A stretch of DNA of 64,000 bases from Longimicrobiales bacterium (GTDB taxonomy: Bacteria > Gemmatimonadota > Gemmatimonadetes > Longimicrobiales > Gaopeijiaceae): NCBI GenBank assembly GCA_965219035.1, contig CBDCMR010000001.1:381529-445528 (forward strand), written 5' to 3'. Positions 8,520 to 18,463 of this stretch are shown here, piece by piece. Every line of letters begins with the position of its first letter. Within the stretch, counting starts at the first letter, position 1. The notes under the pieces are model-generated. The model had not been told where the DNA came from. It saw only the letters and a program-made list of their open reading frames with translations, and did not search any database. The position numbers and the translations under genes were made by a program.

Positions 8520-10904
8520 ATGCATCATCGAAAGGAGCTTCGAATTCACGGGACGAGCGCACGCCGAACGCTCGAAGCTCTGGTAGTCGCCGTCGCGCTC
8601 CTTGGAGGCGGAGATCTTTCCGCCCAGCAGACCGGGCAGATCGCCGGGCAAGTGACGAGCGAGGACGGCTCGCCCGTAGTCGGGGCCACGATCCGTGTGC
8701 CGGGTGAGAACCTGCAGGGAACTACGGCGACCGACGGGCGCTTCGTCATCCCCCGGGTGCCTGCCGGCTCCTATGAGGTGGAGATCTACGCGCTGGGCTA
8801 CGGGGACGCGACCCAGCAGGTGCAGGTATCCGCGGGCGGCGTGGGAACGTTGAACGTCCAGCTGGAGGTTCGTCCGGTGGAGGTGCTGGGTGTTCAGGTC
8901 CACGTTCTCCGCCCCGACCTGCGACACACGGCCCAGATCGAGGCAGACGCGGTTCGCGAGTCCAATCCACGGGACGTGGGCGATGCGCTGAGGGCGATCG
9001 CCGGCGTGGACGCGGTGCGGCGCGGACCCATCGGACTCGACCCGTCGATCCGAGCGCTCCGCGAAACCCAGGTGGGCACTTACATGAACGGCACGCGCCT
9101 CTTCCCGGCCGGCCCGGCCCGCATGGACTCCCCGCTGACCCACCTGGATCCGAGCGCGATCCAGCACATAGAAATCGTGAAGGGTCCCTACGCCCTCACC
9201 TGGGGGGCCGGGAACATGGCTGCAATCCGCATCGAGACCCGGTCCGTACCGCCCCAGATCCCGGGAGGGCTTCGCGGCACTCTGTCTGCCGGGTACGACA
9301 CCAATCTGGAGGCTCAGGAGTATTCGGGAACCCTGTTCGGCAGCAGCGAGCGCGTGGCCTACTGGGGCCACGGCGTGTGGCGCACCGGGACGGACTACGA
9401 GACAGGATCGGGCGACGTGATTCCGGCCGACTTCGACTCCTGGGAGGCCCGGGGACAGCTCGGCTACCGGACCGGCGACGCCTCCTGGCTGAGCTTCGAC
9501 ATGGGCTACCAGAAGCAGGGCCCGATCGACTATCCGGGCCGCCTTCTGAGCGCCAAGTCCTTCAAGACGAACAACCTCGCGGCCGAGTGGGAGCTGGCCC
9601 GCGCCCAAGGGCTCCTTCGCAACATCGATCTCCTGGTCTACCTGAACAGCGTGGACCACGAGATGGACAACACGGACAAGCCGACGCGCATGGCCATGGA
9701 GGGACGGGTGCCCCCCTTCGCCCTGGACGTGCTGGTGGACTCCCATATCGACGTCACTGGGGGCCGGGCCGCCATCGAGTTGGTCTCGGAGGGCGGCTGG
9801 GACGTGGAGATCGGGGGTGACGCATACAGCGCGAAGCGGGACGCGGATCGCTTCATCGACGCCCTGGATCCCAACCAGATGACACCACCGCTGTTCCCCT
9901 TCCACGACCGGATGTGGCCGGACGCGACGATCACCGACGTGGGTCTATGGACCCGGGCGGACCGGCCCCTGGCCAACAGGCTGAGCCTTTCCGCGGCGGT
10001 GCGCCTCGACCTCGTCTCCGCGGACGCAAAGGACGTGTCCGACACCTTCCTCGACTATGCCGGGGCCACCCGGGCCGACGTGGACGCGTCGGAGACCAAT
10101 TTCAACGCGGCCGCCACGCTCAGCGCCAACCTGGGCTCCAACTGGAGCCTTTCGACCGGAGCCGGCTCGGTAGTCCGGACCGCCGACGCCTCCGAGCGCT
10201 ACGGAGACAGGATTCCGGGCACCAGGGCCCAGCTCAGCACCGAATTCCTGGGCAACCCCCACCTCGATCCCGAGCGAAGCACCCAGGGCGACATCTGGCT
10301 CGAAGGCCGCTTTCCCAACCTGAGCCTGGACGCCAACGTCTTCGCCCGCCGGGTCAGCGACTACATCACCATCGTTCCGAGGGACCCGGCGGAGGTACCC
10401 TTCCTGCTCCCACTGACGGGCTCGCTCGGCAACACGAACGTCGTCCAGTATGTGAACGGAGAGGCCGACTTCTGGGGGGTGGAGGCATCCGTCGCCTACC
10501 GCTGGAGCGAACGGTTCTCGACAACCGTGGTCGGCGAGTATCTGCGGGGCGACGACACGGAGCTGGACGAGCCGGCCTTCGGGGTCGCCCCGGTGCAGGG
10601 TCGCCTCCGGCTCCGCTACGAAGAGTCGGGGGCCGGATACTTCCTCGAGAGCCTGGTGACCGCAGTAGGGAAGCAGGACCGCCTGGCTGTGAGCCGGGGC
10701 GAGGGCACCCCGACCCCCGGATACGCGACGGTCGATCTACAGGGCGGATTTCAGCCCTATGTAGGAGTGCAAGTCCGTGCCGGGGTAAACAACGCGCTCG
10801 ACAAGCAGTACTACGACCACCTGAACGCGAAGAACCCTTTCTCCCGGACGCCGATTGCCGAGCCGGGCCGCGTCTTCTTCATCCGCCTGACCTATTCCTA
10901 CTAG
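8520..10904 (+). CDS. TonB-dependent outer-membrane receptor with N-terminal carboxypeptidase-regulatory-like domain (SusC-like)
   Basis: SD gaggaga lies before ATG 8520. Signal peptide is MHHRKELRIHGTSARRTLEALVVAVALLGGGDLSAQQ. CarbopepD_reg-like is GQVTSEDGSPVVGATIRV...DGRF. Plug/TonB-box region follows. C-terminal beta-barrel ends ...FFIRLTYSY (aromatic terminus). Confidence 0.9.
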   Translation: MHHRKELRIHGTSARRTLEALVVAVALLGGGDLSAQQTGQIAGQVTSEDGSPVVGATIRVPGENLQGTTATDGRFVIPRVPAGSYEVEIYALGYGDATQQVQVSAGGVGTLNVQLEVRPVEVLGVQVHVLRPDLRHTAQIEADAVRESNPRDVGDALRAIAGVDAVRRGPIGLDPSIRALRETQVGTYMNGTRLFPAGPARMDSPLTHLDPSAIQHIEIVKGPYALTWGAGNMAAIRIETRSVPPQIPGGLRGTLSAGYDTNLEAQEYSGTLFGSSERVAYWGHGVWRTGTDYETGSGDVIPADFDSWEARGQLGYRTGDASWLSFDMGYQKQGPIDYPGRLLSAKSFKTNNLAAEWELARAQGLLRNIDLLVYLNSVDHEMDNTDKPTRMAMEGRVPPFALDVLVDSHIDVTGGRAAIELVSEGGWDVEIGGDAYSAKRDADRFIDALDPNQMTPPLFPFHDRMWPDATITDVGLWTRADRPLANRLSLSAAVRLDLVSADAKDVSDTFLDYAGATRADVDASETNFNAAATLSANLGSNWSLSTGAGSVVRTADASERYGDRIPGTRAQLSTEFLGNPHLDPERSTQGDIWLEGRFPNLSLDANVFARRVSDYITIVPRDPAEVPFLLPLTGSLGNTNVVQYVNGEADFWGVEASVAYRWSERFSTTVVGEYLRGDDTELDEPAFGVAPVQGRLRLRYEESGAGYFLESLVTAVGKQDRLAVSRGEGTPTPGYATVDLQGGFQPYVGVQVRAGVNNALDKQYYDHLNAKNPFSRTPIAEPGRVFFIRLTYSY

Positions 10905-11018
10905 ACGGGTCGACTCCCGTCGCACCGCGCGGGCGGAAGCAAGAGGAAAGCGAGACGGGCCCGGGGTCTCCCCGGGCCCGTCCCAAGGTTTCCGCAATCG
11001 TCCCCCTCGCCCCCAGCC

Positions 11019-11331
11019 TCAGTTGGCGATGGCGTCCGCCCCGGCCTGGGAGATCTGCTCGTCGTCGACCGCCCGCACGCCGCTGGTCCCGATCGCCCCA
11101 ATCAGCTGACCGCCGCGCAGGATCGGGACGCCGCCCGCGAAGGTCACGCCGTCGGGGACCTGCGGTACGGTACCGGCCTCGAGGGCGCTGTCCGTACACC
11201 GCGGTCGTGAGGCCCGTAGCCGCGACGGTGGCCGCCTTCCGCATCGCGACGTTGTAGGAGCCGGCGGAGGCGCCGTCCAGCCGCCGCAGATACACCGGCA
11301 CACCCTCGATGTCCGCGACGACGATCGTCAC
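11019..11331 (-). CDS. DUF336/GlcG-like haem-binding family protein, frameshifted
   Basis: N-terminal part (frame of 11331) is VTIVVADIEGVPVYLRRLDGASAGSYNVAMRKAATVAATGLTTAVYGQ. C-terminal part (frame of 11303) is VPDGVTFAGGVPILRGGQLIGAIGTSGVRAVDDEQISQAGADAIAN. The two are joined by a 1-nt shift near 11190-11220. Confidence 0.6.
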
Positions 11332-11710
11332 GTTCCATCCGTTACGGCGCGCCTCGGCTTCGGCCGCGTCGATCGCCGTCCGTGCCAGCTCGTATGTGAG
11401 GGCCCTCTGCGAGCGCGATCAGACCCGACGGAGACCAGTCGAAGCGCCAGTCCTGCTTGATGCCGAGAATGGAGAAGTCACGCCGGTTCGTCACTGCATA
11501 GATCGGAGCGGAGTCAACGATGTATTACTCCGTCCCATCCCGTCGCGAGGTCACGAGGCCGGCCGACGCTATGGTGGTTACGCGGATCCGGTCGCCGAGC
11601 ATTCCGTCAGCTCTCCTGGACCATGCCGTCGAACGCCACCTCACCGTTGGCGATCACCCGGATCGGACGACTCAGGTTGAACGCCTCGGGCGCAGAAGGG
11701 ACGCAGCAAC

Positions 11711-12086
11711 ATGATCGACCATCTCCGAGGACGCGAGAAGGCGCTGGAGCGCTTCGGCTGGACGGGACGCCGTGCCGAATGGATCGCCCTGGCCTGTCTC
11801 CATGGCGGCGTCTTCACCCGGGCGCAGTGGACGAGCTTTCTGGGTTGCCACCATGAGCACATGCGCCGTGCCGTCCATGCCCTCGTCGCGCAAGGCGCGG
11901 CCAGCGAAGAGAATCCACCCGGCATCGCCGGCATCGGCTGCGTGTGCCGGATCTACGCGCGGACTCTCTACCGCCCGCTGGGAGCCGAGGACATCCGCCG
12001 GCGCCGGATCACCTCCAAGGAAGTGCTCATGCCGTGCGGTCGCTTGGAGTTGCGTTCGTCGCCACCCGGTCGCCGGTGCCGCACTG
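11711..12086 (+). mobile_element. N-terminal fragment of winged-helix replication-relaxation-like gene (internally deleted copy of the element at 58601-59508)
   Basis: MIDHLRGREKALERFGWTGRRAEWIALACLHGGVFTRAQW...ENPPGIAGIGCVCRIYARTLYRPLGAEDIRRRRITSKEVLM matches EDPPGIDGIGRVCRIHARRIYRALGAGNRRRRRITSTEVLM of ORF 58762..59508. Homology resumes for the last ~55 bp (cgtgcgg.cgcttggagttgcg...gtgccgcactgggcagcac) and ends at the same motif in both copies. Confidence 0.45.
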
Positions 12087-14350
12087 GGCAGCACGGACGA
12101 GGACGACGAGACCTTGACGCTGACGTTGTCGAGCCCGGTGAACGCGACGCTCGGCGACGCGACGGCCACCGGCACGATTCAACGACAACGATAATGCAGC
12201 GCCGCTGACGGCGAGTTTCAGCGACATGCCGGCCTCGCACACGGGTGAGGACTTCGCGTTCGGGTTGGCGTTCAGCGAAGAGGTCGAGGTCGGCTACGTG
12301 ACGCTGCGCGACACTGCGTTCGTGGTGACCGGCGGCGAGGTGAGCCAAGCCCAGCGCCAACAGCAGGGGAGCAACCAGGCATGGAACATCACGGTCGACC
12401 CAGACGGCCAGGGCGCCGTGACGATCACGCTGCCGGAGACGATCGACTGCGACGCGGTTGACGCGATCTGTACCGGGGACGAGCGACCGCTGTCGCACTC
12501 GCTGTCGAGTGTGGTCGCGGGCCCGGTGATCATTCCGACGGTGAGCGTGTTCGATGCGAGCGCGGCGGAGGGCGATTCGGTGGACTTCACGGTGTCGCTC
12601 TCGGCGGCGAGTGATGGGGAAGTGACGGTCGACTACGCAACGTCGGACGGCACGGCGACGGCGGGAGAGGACTACACCGCGACGAGCGGCACGCTGGCGT
12701 TCCAGGCGGGCGAGGTGACGAAGACGATCTCCGTGCCGACCACCGAGGACGCGGAGGACGACGGCGGCGAGACGTTCACGCTCACCCTGAGCAACGCCTC
12801 GGGCGCCGGTCTCGGCGATGCCGAGGCGACGGGGACGATCCGGAACACCGAGACCGCCGCCGAACTCTCGGCCGACTTCCCCGAGAGCGCGTACACCTCG
12901 AAGCGGCACGCGGGATCGGACGACCGCCCGCAGGTGGTGGTGGCGTTCAGCGAGGCGGTGGCGGACTTCGACAAGAACACGCCGTCGGTGACGGTGACGT
13001 CGGGGCTGTCGGTTCAGACCCATACGGAGGACGGGCTCGATAACGCCTATGTGTTCTTCATGACGCCGGACGGGGACGGCGACGTGACGTTCGCGCTGGT
13101 CGCGGACGCGGCGTGCGCCTCGGGCGGCATCTGCACGGCCGGCGGGACGGTGCTGACGCAGGTGCCGGCGGCGTTGGCGATCCCGGGGCCGGACGACGAG
13201 AGTCTACCGGCGGTGAGCGTGTCCGACGCGAGCGCGGCCGAGGGCGACGCGGTCGCCTTCACGGTGTCGCTGTCGGCGGCGAGCAGCCGGCAGGTGACGG
13301 TCGAATACACAACGTCGGGCGGCACGGCGACGAGCGGGACCGACTTCACGGCGGAGTCCGGGACGCTGACGTTCGCGGCGAACGCGACGCTCGGCGACGC
13401 GACGGCCACCGGCACGATCAACGACAACGACGTGTCGACAACGCCGTTGACGGCGAGCTTCAGCGACATGCCGGCCTCGCACACGGGCGGGGAGTTCACG
13501 TTCGGGCTGGCGTTCAACGAAAACGTCGAGCTCAGCTACGTGACGCTTCGCGACACCGCGTTCGTGGTGACCGGTGGCGCGGTGAAGACGGCCCAGCGCC
13601 AACAGCAGGGCAGCAACCAGGCATGGAACATCACGGTCGAGCCAAGCGGCCAGGGCGCCGTGACGATCACGCTGCCGGAGACGGTCGCGCCTGCGGCCTC
13701 GGGGAGCGCGAGCGTCGCGGAGAGCGGGGTGGTGGTGGACGACGCGGTGGCGCTCCTGGGCGGAGTGACCCCGGACGCGGTCTCGGCGGCGCTGTTCGGC
13801 GAGGGCGGACTGAGCGAGGCCCAGTTGGACGCACTGGACCGCCTGGGCAACCGGAACGGCCGCTACGACCTCGGCGACATGCTATCCTGGACCGAGCGCT
13901 GCCGGAGGGGCGAGGCGCGCTGCGGCGGCACCTCCACCGATCCCGCGTCTTCGGCCCTCCTGTTCGGCGCGGCGGCGGCCGGACGCCGAGGGACCTCCGG
14001 GCGCCCCGGGCGTCGAGCGGCTTGTCCCGGCAACCGCCCCACGGGGGCCGGGGTTCCTGACCGTCGAGTGGACGGCGCCGGCCGCCGGGCGCGCCGTCGG
14101 CGTCCTGCTGGAGCTCGAGGGTCCCGGCATCGTAGCGGTGCAGGCGCCCGGTCTCGAGTTGTACCAGTCCGCCGCAGCCGGGCGGCATCAGATCGTCGTG
14201 GCGGGGGACCTCGGCGCGGGTCCCCTCTTGCAGTTCCGCGTGCCGGACCGCGGCCGACTCGCTGAGTACCGGGTCCGCGTCGTCCAGGTCACGGGCGAGG
14301 ATTACGGCCTCGAGGACGTGGGCGAATACCGGGCCGTGATCACGAACTGA
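12070..14350 (+). CDS. Calx-beta repeat surface protein (large adhesin-like), 5' end disrupted, at least two frameshifts
   Basis: At least three Calx-beta units: SVFDASAAEGDSVDFTVSLSAASDGEVTVDYATSDGTATAGEDYTATSGTLAFQAGEVTKTISV...DDGGETFTLTLSN; VSDASAAEGDAVAFTVSLSAASSRQVTVEYTTSGGTATSGTDFTAESGTLTF; and ...DEDDETLTLTLSSPVNATLGDATATGTI at 12090-12180. An interspersed ~75-aa repeat MPASHTG(E/G)(D/E)F(A/T)FGLAF...NQAWNITV.P.GQGAVTITLPET occurs twice. An extra T at ~12176 (gattcaacgac vs gatcaacgac at 13420) breaks the frame. The C-terminal domain GFLTVEWTAP...YRVRVVQVTGEDYGLEDVGEYRAVITN is in another frame (14042..14350). Confidence 0.8.
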
Positions 14351-14798
14351 AGCCTTCGGCCAGGATGGGCCCCCCGACGTGCACGCCGAGGCTCGTGTGC
14401 GGCGGGGGGCCCGAAGCTCCAGCAATCCCGGCGCCCGCGAACGACGGCTCGCAGCCGCTGCAGGGGCGCCCGCCCGCGGCGCATTCCATGACGCGCGCGG
14501 TCAGGCCGCACACGGCTTCCCCCTCCGCGCCGGGAATCGACCCGCTGACCTAGCGCCGTCCTCTTCCGAGCAACCGGCTCGGCTTCCCGGACGACATCCG
14601 GTTCCCACGCGCGTCCGAACGCGGCCGCACCGGCCGGACGAGTTCCGAACCGGCGGTCCCCAGCCTCGGCCTTCCGGCCGGGATTCCACACCCCTTCGCA
14701 GGGCCTCCCGCGAGCGGCGCAGGGGCGTTTTCCACGCCGCTGGCGGAGCGGTCCGACGAGCCAGACACCTCATGACACAACGTGCACCGTTACAAGCA

Positions 14799-14816
14799 CT
14801 TAGGAGATTTCCTAAG
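14799..14816. promoter_or_regulatory. palindrome CTTAGGAGATTTCCTAAG adjacent to TTGACT, upstream of the AlpA-like gene
   Basis: Inverted repeat CTTAGGA/TCCTAAG immediately 5' of a TTGACT hexamer, ~65-85 bp upstream of ATG 14881. The related CACTTAGAAG motif lies ~100 bp upstream of the paralog at 38837. Confidence 0.35.
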
Positions 14817-14880
14817 AGTTGACTTCCTTGCAAACACCGCTTCACCGTTACGGGCATGACGCGGCTGGAACGGCAGTCAC

Positions 14881-15399
14881 ATGGCAACGCTGGAGGAGCA
14901 ATTCAACTCGCGGGTGAACGTGTTTCTCGAGAGCACGGGCCTGAGGCCGACGACCCTCGGCATGCAGGCCTTGGGCGACCCGGGCCTGTTGCGGCAGATC
15001 GAGCGGGGACGCTCGCCGTCGCTGAGGACGGCGGACCGGGTTCTGGCGTTCATCGTCGGCTACGACGGGGACTCGGGCGGCGCGCGGGACCCGCCGGGCC
15101 GCCGTCGACGCCGGAGGTCGTCGTCGGGGACGTGGAGAACGGGGAGAAGCCGAGCGAAGACGGAACAACCGATGGAACGGAAGACGAACCCGCCGGCCCG
15201 CATTCTGCGGCTTCGGGAGGTGGAGGCCCGCACGGGTCTGTCGCGGAGCACGATCTACAGGTGGCGGCGCGCGGGACGCTTCCCCCAGGCGGTTGTTCTG
15301 GGAAAGCGGTCCGTGGGCTGGATCGAGTCGGAAGTGGACGAGTGGATCCGCGAACGGGCCGCTGAGCGCCTGGGCGGCGGAGAGGCCGTCGCCCGCTGA
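14881..15399 (+). CDS. AlpA-family phage/ICE transcriptional regulator with a conserved N-terminal domain (paralog of 38837..39337)
   Basis: C-terminal AlpA HTH: PARILRLREVEARTGLSRSTIYRWRRAGRFPQAVVLGKRSVGWIESEVDEWIRER. N-terminal ~65 aa (FNSRVNVFLESTGLRPTTLGMQALGDPGLLRQIERGRSPSLRTADRVLAFIVGYDG) is shared with the 38837 protein. Confidence 0.7.
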   Translation: MATLEEQFNSRVNVFLESTGLRPTTLGMQALGDPGLLRQIERGRSPSLRTADRVLAFIVGYDGDSGGARDPPGRRRRRRSSSGTWRTGRSRAKTEQPMERKTNPPARILRLREVEARTGLSRSTIYRWRRAGRFPQAVVLGKRSVGWIESEVDEWIRERAAERLGGGEAVAR

Positions 15400-15423
15400 C
15401 CCTTTAGGGAAAGGATAGAGAAG

Positions 15424-15711
15424 ATGAAGACGTTGCTGAGAACGATGCGGGCCGCCGCGTGGGCCGCGCTGTGGCTGCTGACGCCCGGTGTGCTGTGGGC
15501 TCAGGGCACGAGCCCGTGGGTGGAGGCCGTGAACGAGCTTCAGACGCAGTTCACGGGCCCGATCGCGCGGGGGCTGTCGCTGATCGCGATCGTGGTGGGC
15601 GGGCTAATGTTCGCGTTCGGCGAGGGCGGGAGCAAGCGTACGCTGGCGGGGATCATCTTCGGGATCGGGATGGCGGTGGGCGCGGTGAACTTCCTGGCCT
15701 GGCTGTTCTGA
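15424..15711 (+). CDS. trbC: T4SS pilin TrbC/VirB2 family
   Basis: 95 aa. Signal peptide, then two hydrophobic helices (LSLIAIVVGGLMFAF..., IIFGIGMAVGAVNFLAWLF). First gene of the T4SS block. Confidence 0.7.
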   Translation: MKTLLRTMRAAAWAALWLLTPGVLWAQGTSPWVEAVNELQTQFTGPIARGLSLIAIVVGGLMFAFGEGGSKRTLAGIIFGIGMAVGAVNFLAWLF

Positions 15712-16016
15712 TGCGGGGCCTCGGGCGCTGGGCGGGCTACGCCGCGCTCAACCGTCCGCTGAAGGTGCTGGGCGTCGAGCGGCGGCTGTTCCTGCTGGGC
15801 GCGACGCTCGCGGTCGCGGTGTGGAACGCGACTGCTTCGCTGGTGGCGGGCGGCGTGGTGTTCACCGGCTGCTACGGGGCGGGATGGCTGGCGGGCCGGA
15901 AGGACCCGGCCATGCTCGCGGTGCTCCGGGCAGCGGCGCGCCACCCGGCGCGGTTCGATCCGGGCAAGTGGGCGGACGAGCCCTGGCACCTCAAGATCCG
16001 GACGGACGGCACGTGA
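15711..16016 (+). CDS. trbD: T4SS TrbD/VirB3 family protein
   Basis: ATG at 15711, overlapping the trbC stop. 101 aa MRGLGRWAGYAALNRPLKVLGVERRLFLLGATLAVAVW...KDPAMLAVL, which is VirB3-like topology. Confidence 0.65.
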   Translation: MRGLGRWAGYAALNRPLKVLGVERRLFLLGATLAVAVWNATASLVAGGVVFTGCYGAGWLAGRKDPAMLAVLRAAARHPARFDPGKWADEPWHLKIRTDGT

Positions 16017-18463
16017 GGGTCGCCGAGGAACTTCGCGCGCATGAGGCGGCGGGCTCGCTGGCCGAGGAGCTGCCCTACTGGGGCTGGCTGGATGACGGCC
16101 ACACGTGCCTGACCCGTTCGGGCGAGCTGATCGCTGCGGGCCGGCTCGGGCCCGCAGCGGTGGACGGGCGCACGCCCGAACAGATCGACCGCGTGCTGGG
16201 CCTGTGGCAGCGGCTGCTCTCGGGGCTGCCCCCAAGTGCGCGCCTCTACTTCTATGTGCTCCGCCGCCCCGCTCCGACGGCTGTCGCGGCGAAGACGATC
16301 GGTTCCGATGTAGCGGCCATTTCGGGGCGGAAACGCCGCGCGTTCCTCGCCGGACGGGTGCAACGGCTCGAGGCCTACGTTGTCTGGTCGTTTGGGTCCG
16401 GCCTGCGCCCGGTCGCCAAGAGTGCGCGGCGGGGATCCAACTCCCCGCTTGCCCGGTTGTGGAAACGCCGTGGAAAAGGCGCGCCGACGTATCTCGCGTC
16501 AGAGATCGAGGCGGGGGCGGGCCGGTTCCGGGCCATGGTCGAAGCGGGCCGCTCGCTGGTGGCCGAGCACACGCCCGTCGAGATGCTGGGCGCGCATGAA
16601 GCGTCGGGTGTTCTCTCCGAGCTGATCAACCGCCCGGGCACGGTGTGGGACGGCGCGACGGGGAGCGGCATGAACTGGCGGCTCGCGCTCTCGGAGCTGG
16701 AAGCGGAGCGCAGTCACCTGCGGCTCGACGGCGAGCCGGTGATCCTGTACTCGCTGCTCTCGCCGCCCGGCCAGGCGCACGCCAACCTGCTCAAAGATCT
16801 GTACTGTCTTGACGCCACGATCACGGTCTCGCTCGAGTGGCGGCCGTGGACGGTTGAAGCGGCGCGCCGCCGGATCCGGGGCGCGCAGCGGCACTACTTC
16901 TCGCGGCGCTACTCGATGATGGCGCACGTGCAGGAGACCGAGGGCACGGCGGCGGCGATGGTCGATTCCGCCGCGGCCGTCGAGTCGGACAGGCTGGGCG
17001 CCGCGCTCGTAGAACTCGAGGCCGACGGCGTGGCCTACGGCGAGGCGTCGCTCACCGTCGCGCTTCACGGAGAGCTTGAGGAGATCGAGCGGCTGGACGG
17101 CGACGTGCGGCGGCTGTTCGCCGCGCACGACGCGAAGGCGGTCCGCGAGGGCTACGGTCAGCTGCCCGTCTGGTTCTCGCGGCTCCCGGCTCAGCCGCGC
17201 AAGCGGCAGGTGCGAACGGTGTTCGTCTCGGCCGGGCTCGCCGCGTGCCTCGCCCCGGTGTTCGGGCCGCCCAAGGGCTCGGCCCGGTGCAAGCACCTCG
17301 ACCGCGAGTCGCTCGCCGTGTTCGAGACTCCCTGGCGCACCGCATACCACTACGACCTGTTCCGCGGCGACGTGGGCCACACGCTGATCCTCGGCGCGAC
17401 GGGATCGGGCAAGAGCTTTGCCTTGAACTTCCTGCTGGTCGAGGCGCTCAAGTACGGCCCGCGCGTGCTGATCCTGGACCTGGGCGGCTCCTACCGCTGG
17501 CTGACCCGCTTCCTCGGGGGCTCCTACCTGGAACTCACGCCGGGCGACGCCGAGGCCGGCCTCAGGCTTCAGCCGTTCGCGCTCCCGGCCACGACGCGCA
17601 CGTTCCAGTTCCTGACCGGCTGGGTGCTCCGGCTGCTGAAGCTCGGCGGCTACGAGCCAACGGGCGCGGACACGAGCGAGATCCGCGCCCGCATCGAGGA
17701 CCTCTACGCGCTCGGGCCGGAGCGGCGCACGCTCGGCGTGCTGACCGGCTCGCTCCCGTCCGGCATGTGGCCGGCCTGGAGCCGCTGGACCGGCGATGGA
17801 GTATGGGGCCGGTTCTTCGACAACGCTCCGGTGGGCGGGGCGGACCTCGAGTTCCGCGACTGGCAGGTGATCGACCTGGCGGGCGCGGCCGAGCACGCGG
17901 ACCTGTGCGAGGCGGCGCTCTCGTATCTGCTCGAACGCATGCGCCTCGAGATCGAGGACCCGGCCGAAGCGGCGCGGCTCAAGCTGATGGTCGTGGACGA
18001 GGCGTGGCGCTACCTGGCCGACCCGGCGGTGCTCGCCTACCTGGCCGAGGCGGCCAAGACGTGGCGCAAGAAGAACGCCGCGCTCGTGCTCGCGACGCAG
18101 TCCGCAGTGGACATGACCGGGACATCCGGCGCCTCGGCGCTCCTCGAATCGATCCCGACCAAGCTGTTCCTCGCGAACCCCGAGTTGCCGGACGAGGCGG
18201 GCGACCTGTTCCGGCTGAACAAGTCGGAGGTGGCCCAAGTCCGGGAGCTGACGCCGAAGCGCGAGCTCTATCTCCGCCGACCGGACGAGGCGGCCGTGCT
18301 CCGCCTAGAGGTCGATCCGGAGAGCTACTGGCTCTACACCTCCTCGCCCATGGACGCCGAAAAGCGCGCCGAGGCCGTTGCGCAGCACGGCCTGACCCGG
18401 GGCCTCGCGGTTCTGGCGGGCCGCGCAACACCCCACCAACCCAAGGAGGACATGACGCCATGA
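16013..18463 (+). CDS. trbE: T4SS ATPase TrbE/VirB4
   Basis: GTG start in a GTGA overlap with the trbD stop. Walker A LILGATGSGKSFALNF. Walker B region MVVDEAWRYL. ~816 aa. Confidence 0.95.
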   Translation: MRVAEELRAHEAAGSLAEELPYWGWLDDGHTCLTRSGELIAAGRLGPAAVDGRTPEQIDRVLGLWQRLLSGLPPSARLYFYVLRRPAPTAVAAKTIGSDVAAISGRKRRAFLAGRVQRLEAYVVWSFGSGLRPVAKSARRGSNSPLARLWKRRGKGAPTYLASEIEAGAGRFRAMVEAGRSLVAEHTPVEMLGAHEASGVLSELINRPGTVWDGATGSGMNWRLALSELEAERSHLRLDGEPVILYSLLSPPGQAHANLLKDLYCLDATITVSLEWRPWTVEAARRRIRGAQRHYFSRRYSMMAHVQETEGTAAAMVDSAAAVESDRLGAALVELEADGVAYGEASLTVALHGELEEIERLDGDVRRLFAAHDAKAVREGYGQLPVWFSRLPAQPRKRQVRTVFVSAGLAACLAPVFGPPKGSARCKHLDRESLAVFETPWRTAYHYDLFRGDVGHTLILGATGSGKSFALNFLLVEALKYGPRVLILDLGGSYRWLTRFLGGSYLELTPGDAEAGLRLQPFALPATTRTFQFLTGWVLRLLKLGGYEPTGADTSEIRARIEDLYALGPERRTLGVLTGSLPSGMWPAWSRWTGDGVWGRFFDNAPVGGADLEFRDWQVIDLAGAAEHADLCEAALSYLLERMRLEIEDPAEAARLKLMVVDEAWRYLADPAVLAYLAEAAKTWRKKNAALVLATQSAVDMTGTSGASALLESIPTKLFLANPELPDEAGDLFRLNKSEVAQVRELTPKRELYLRRPDEAAVLRLEVDPESYWLYTSSPMDAEKRAEAVAQHGLTRGLAVLAGRATPHQPKEDMTP

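Noticed and set aside
8301-9905. 534-aa ORF on minus strand
   Set aside because: Antisense to the TonB-dependent receptor, whose signal peptide, plug and barrel terminus are clear on + strand.
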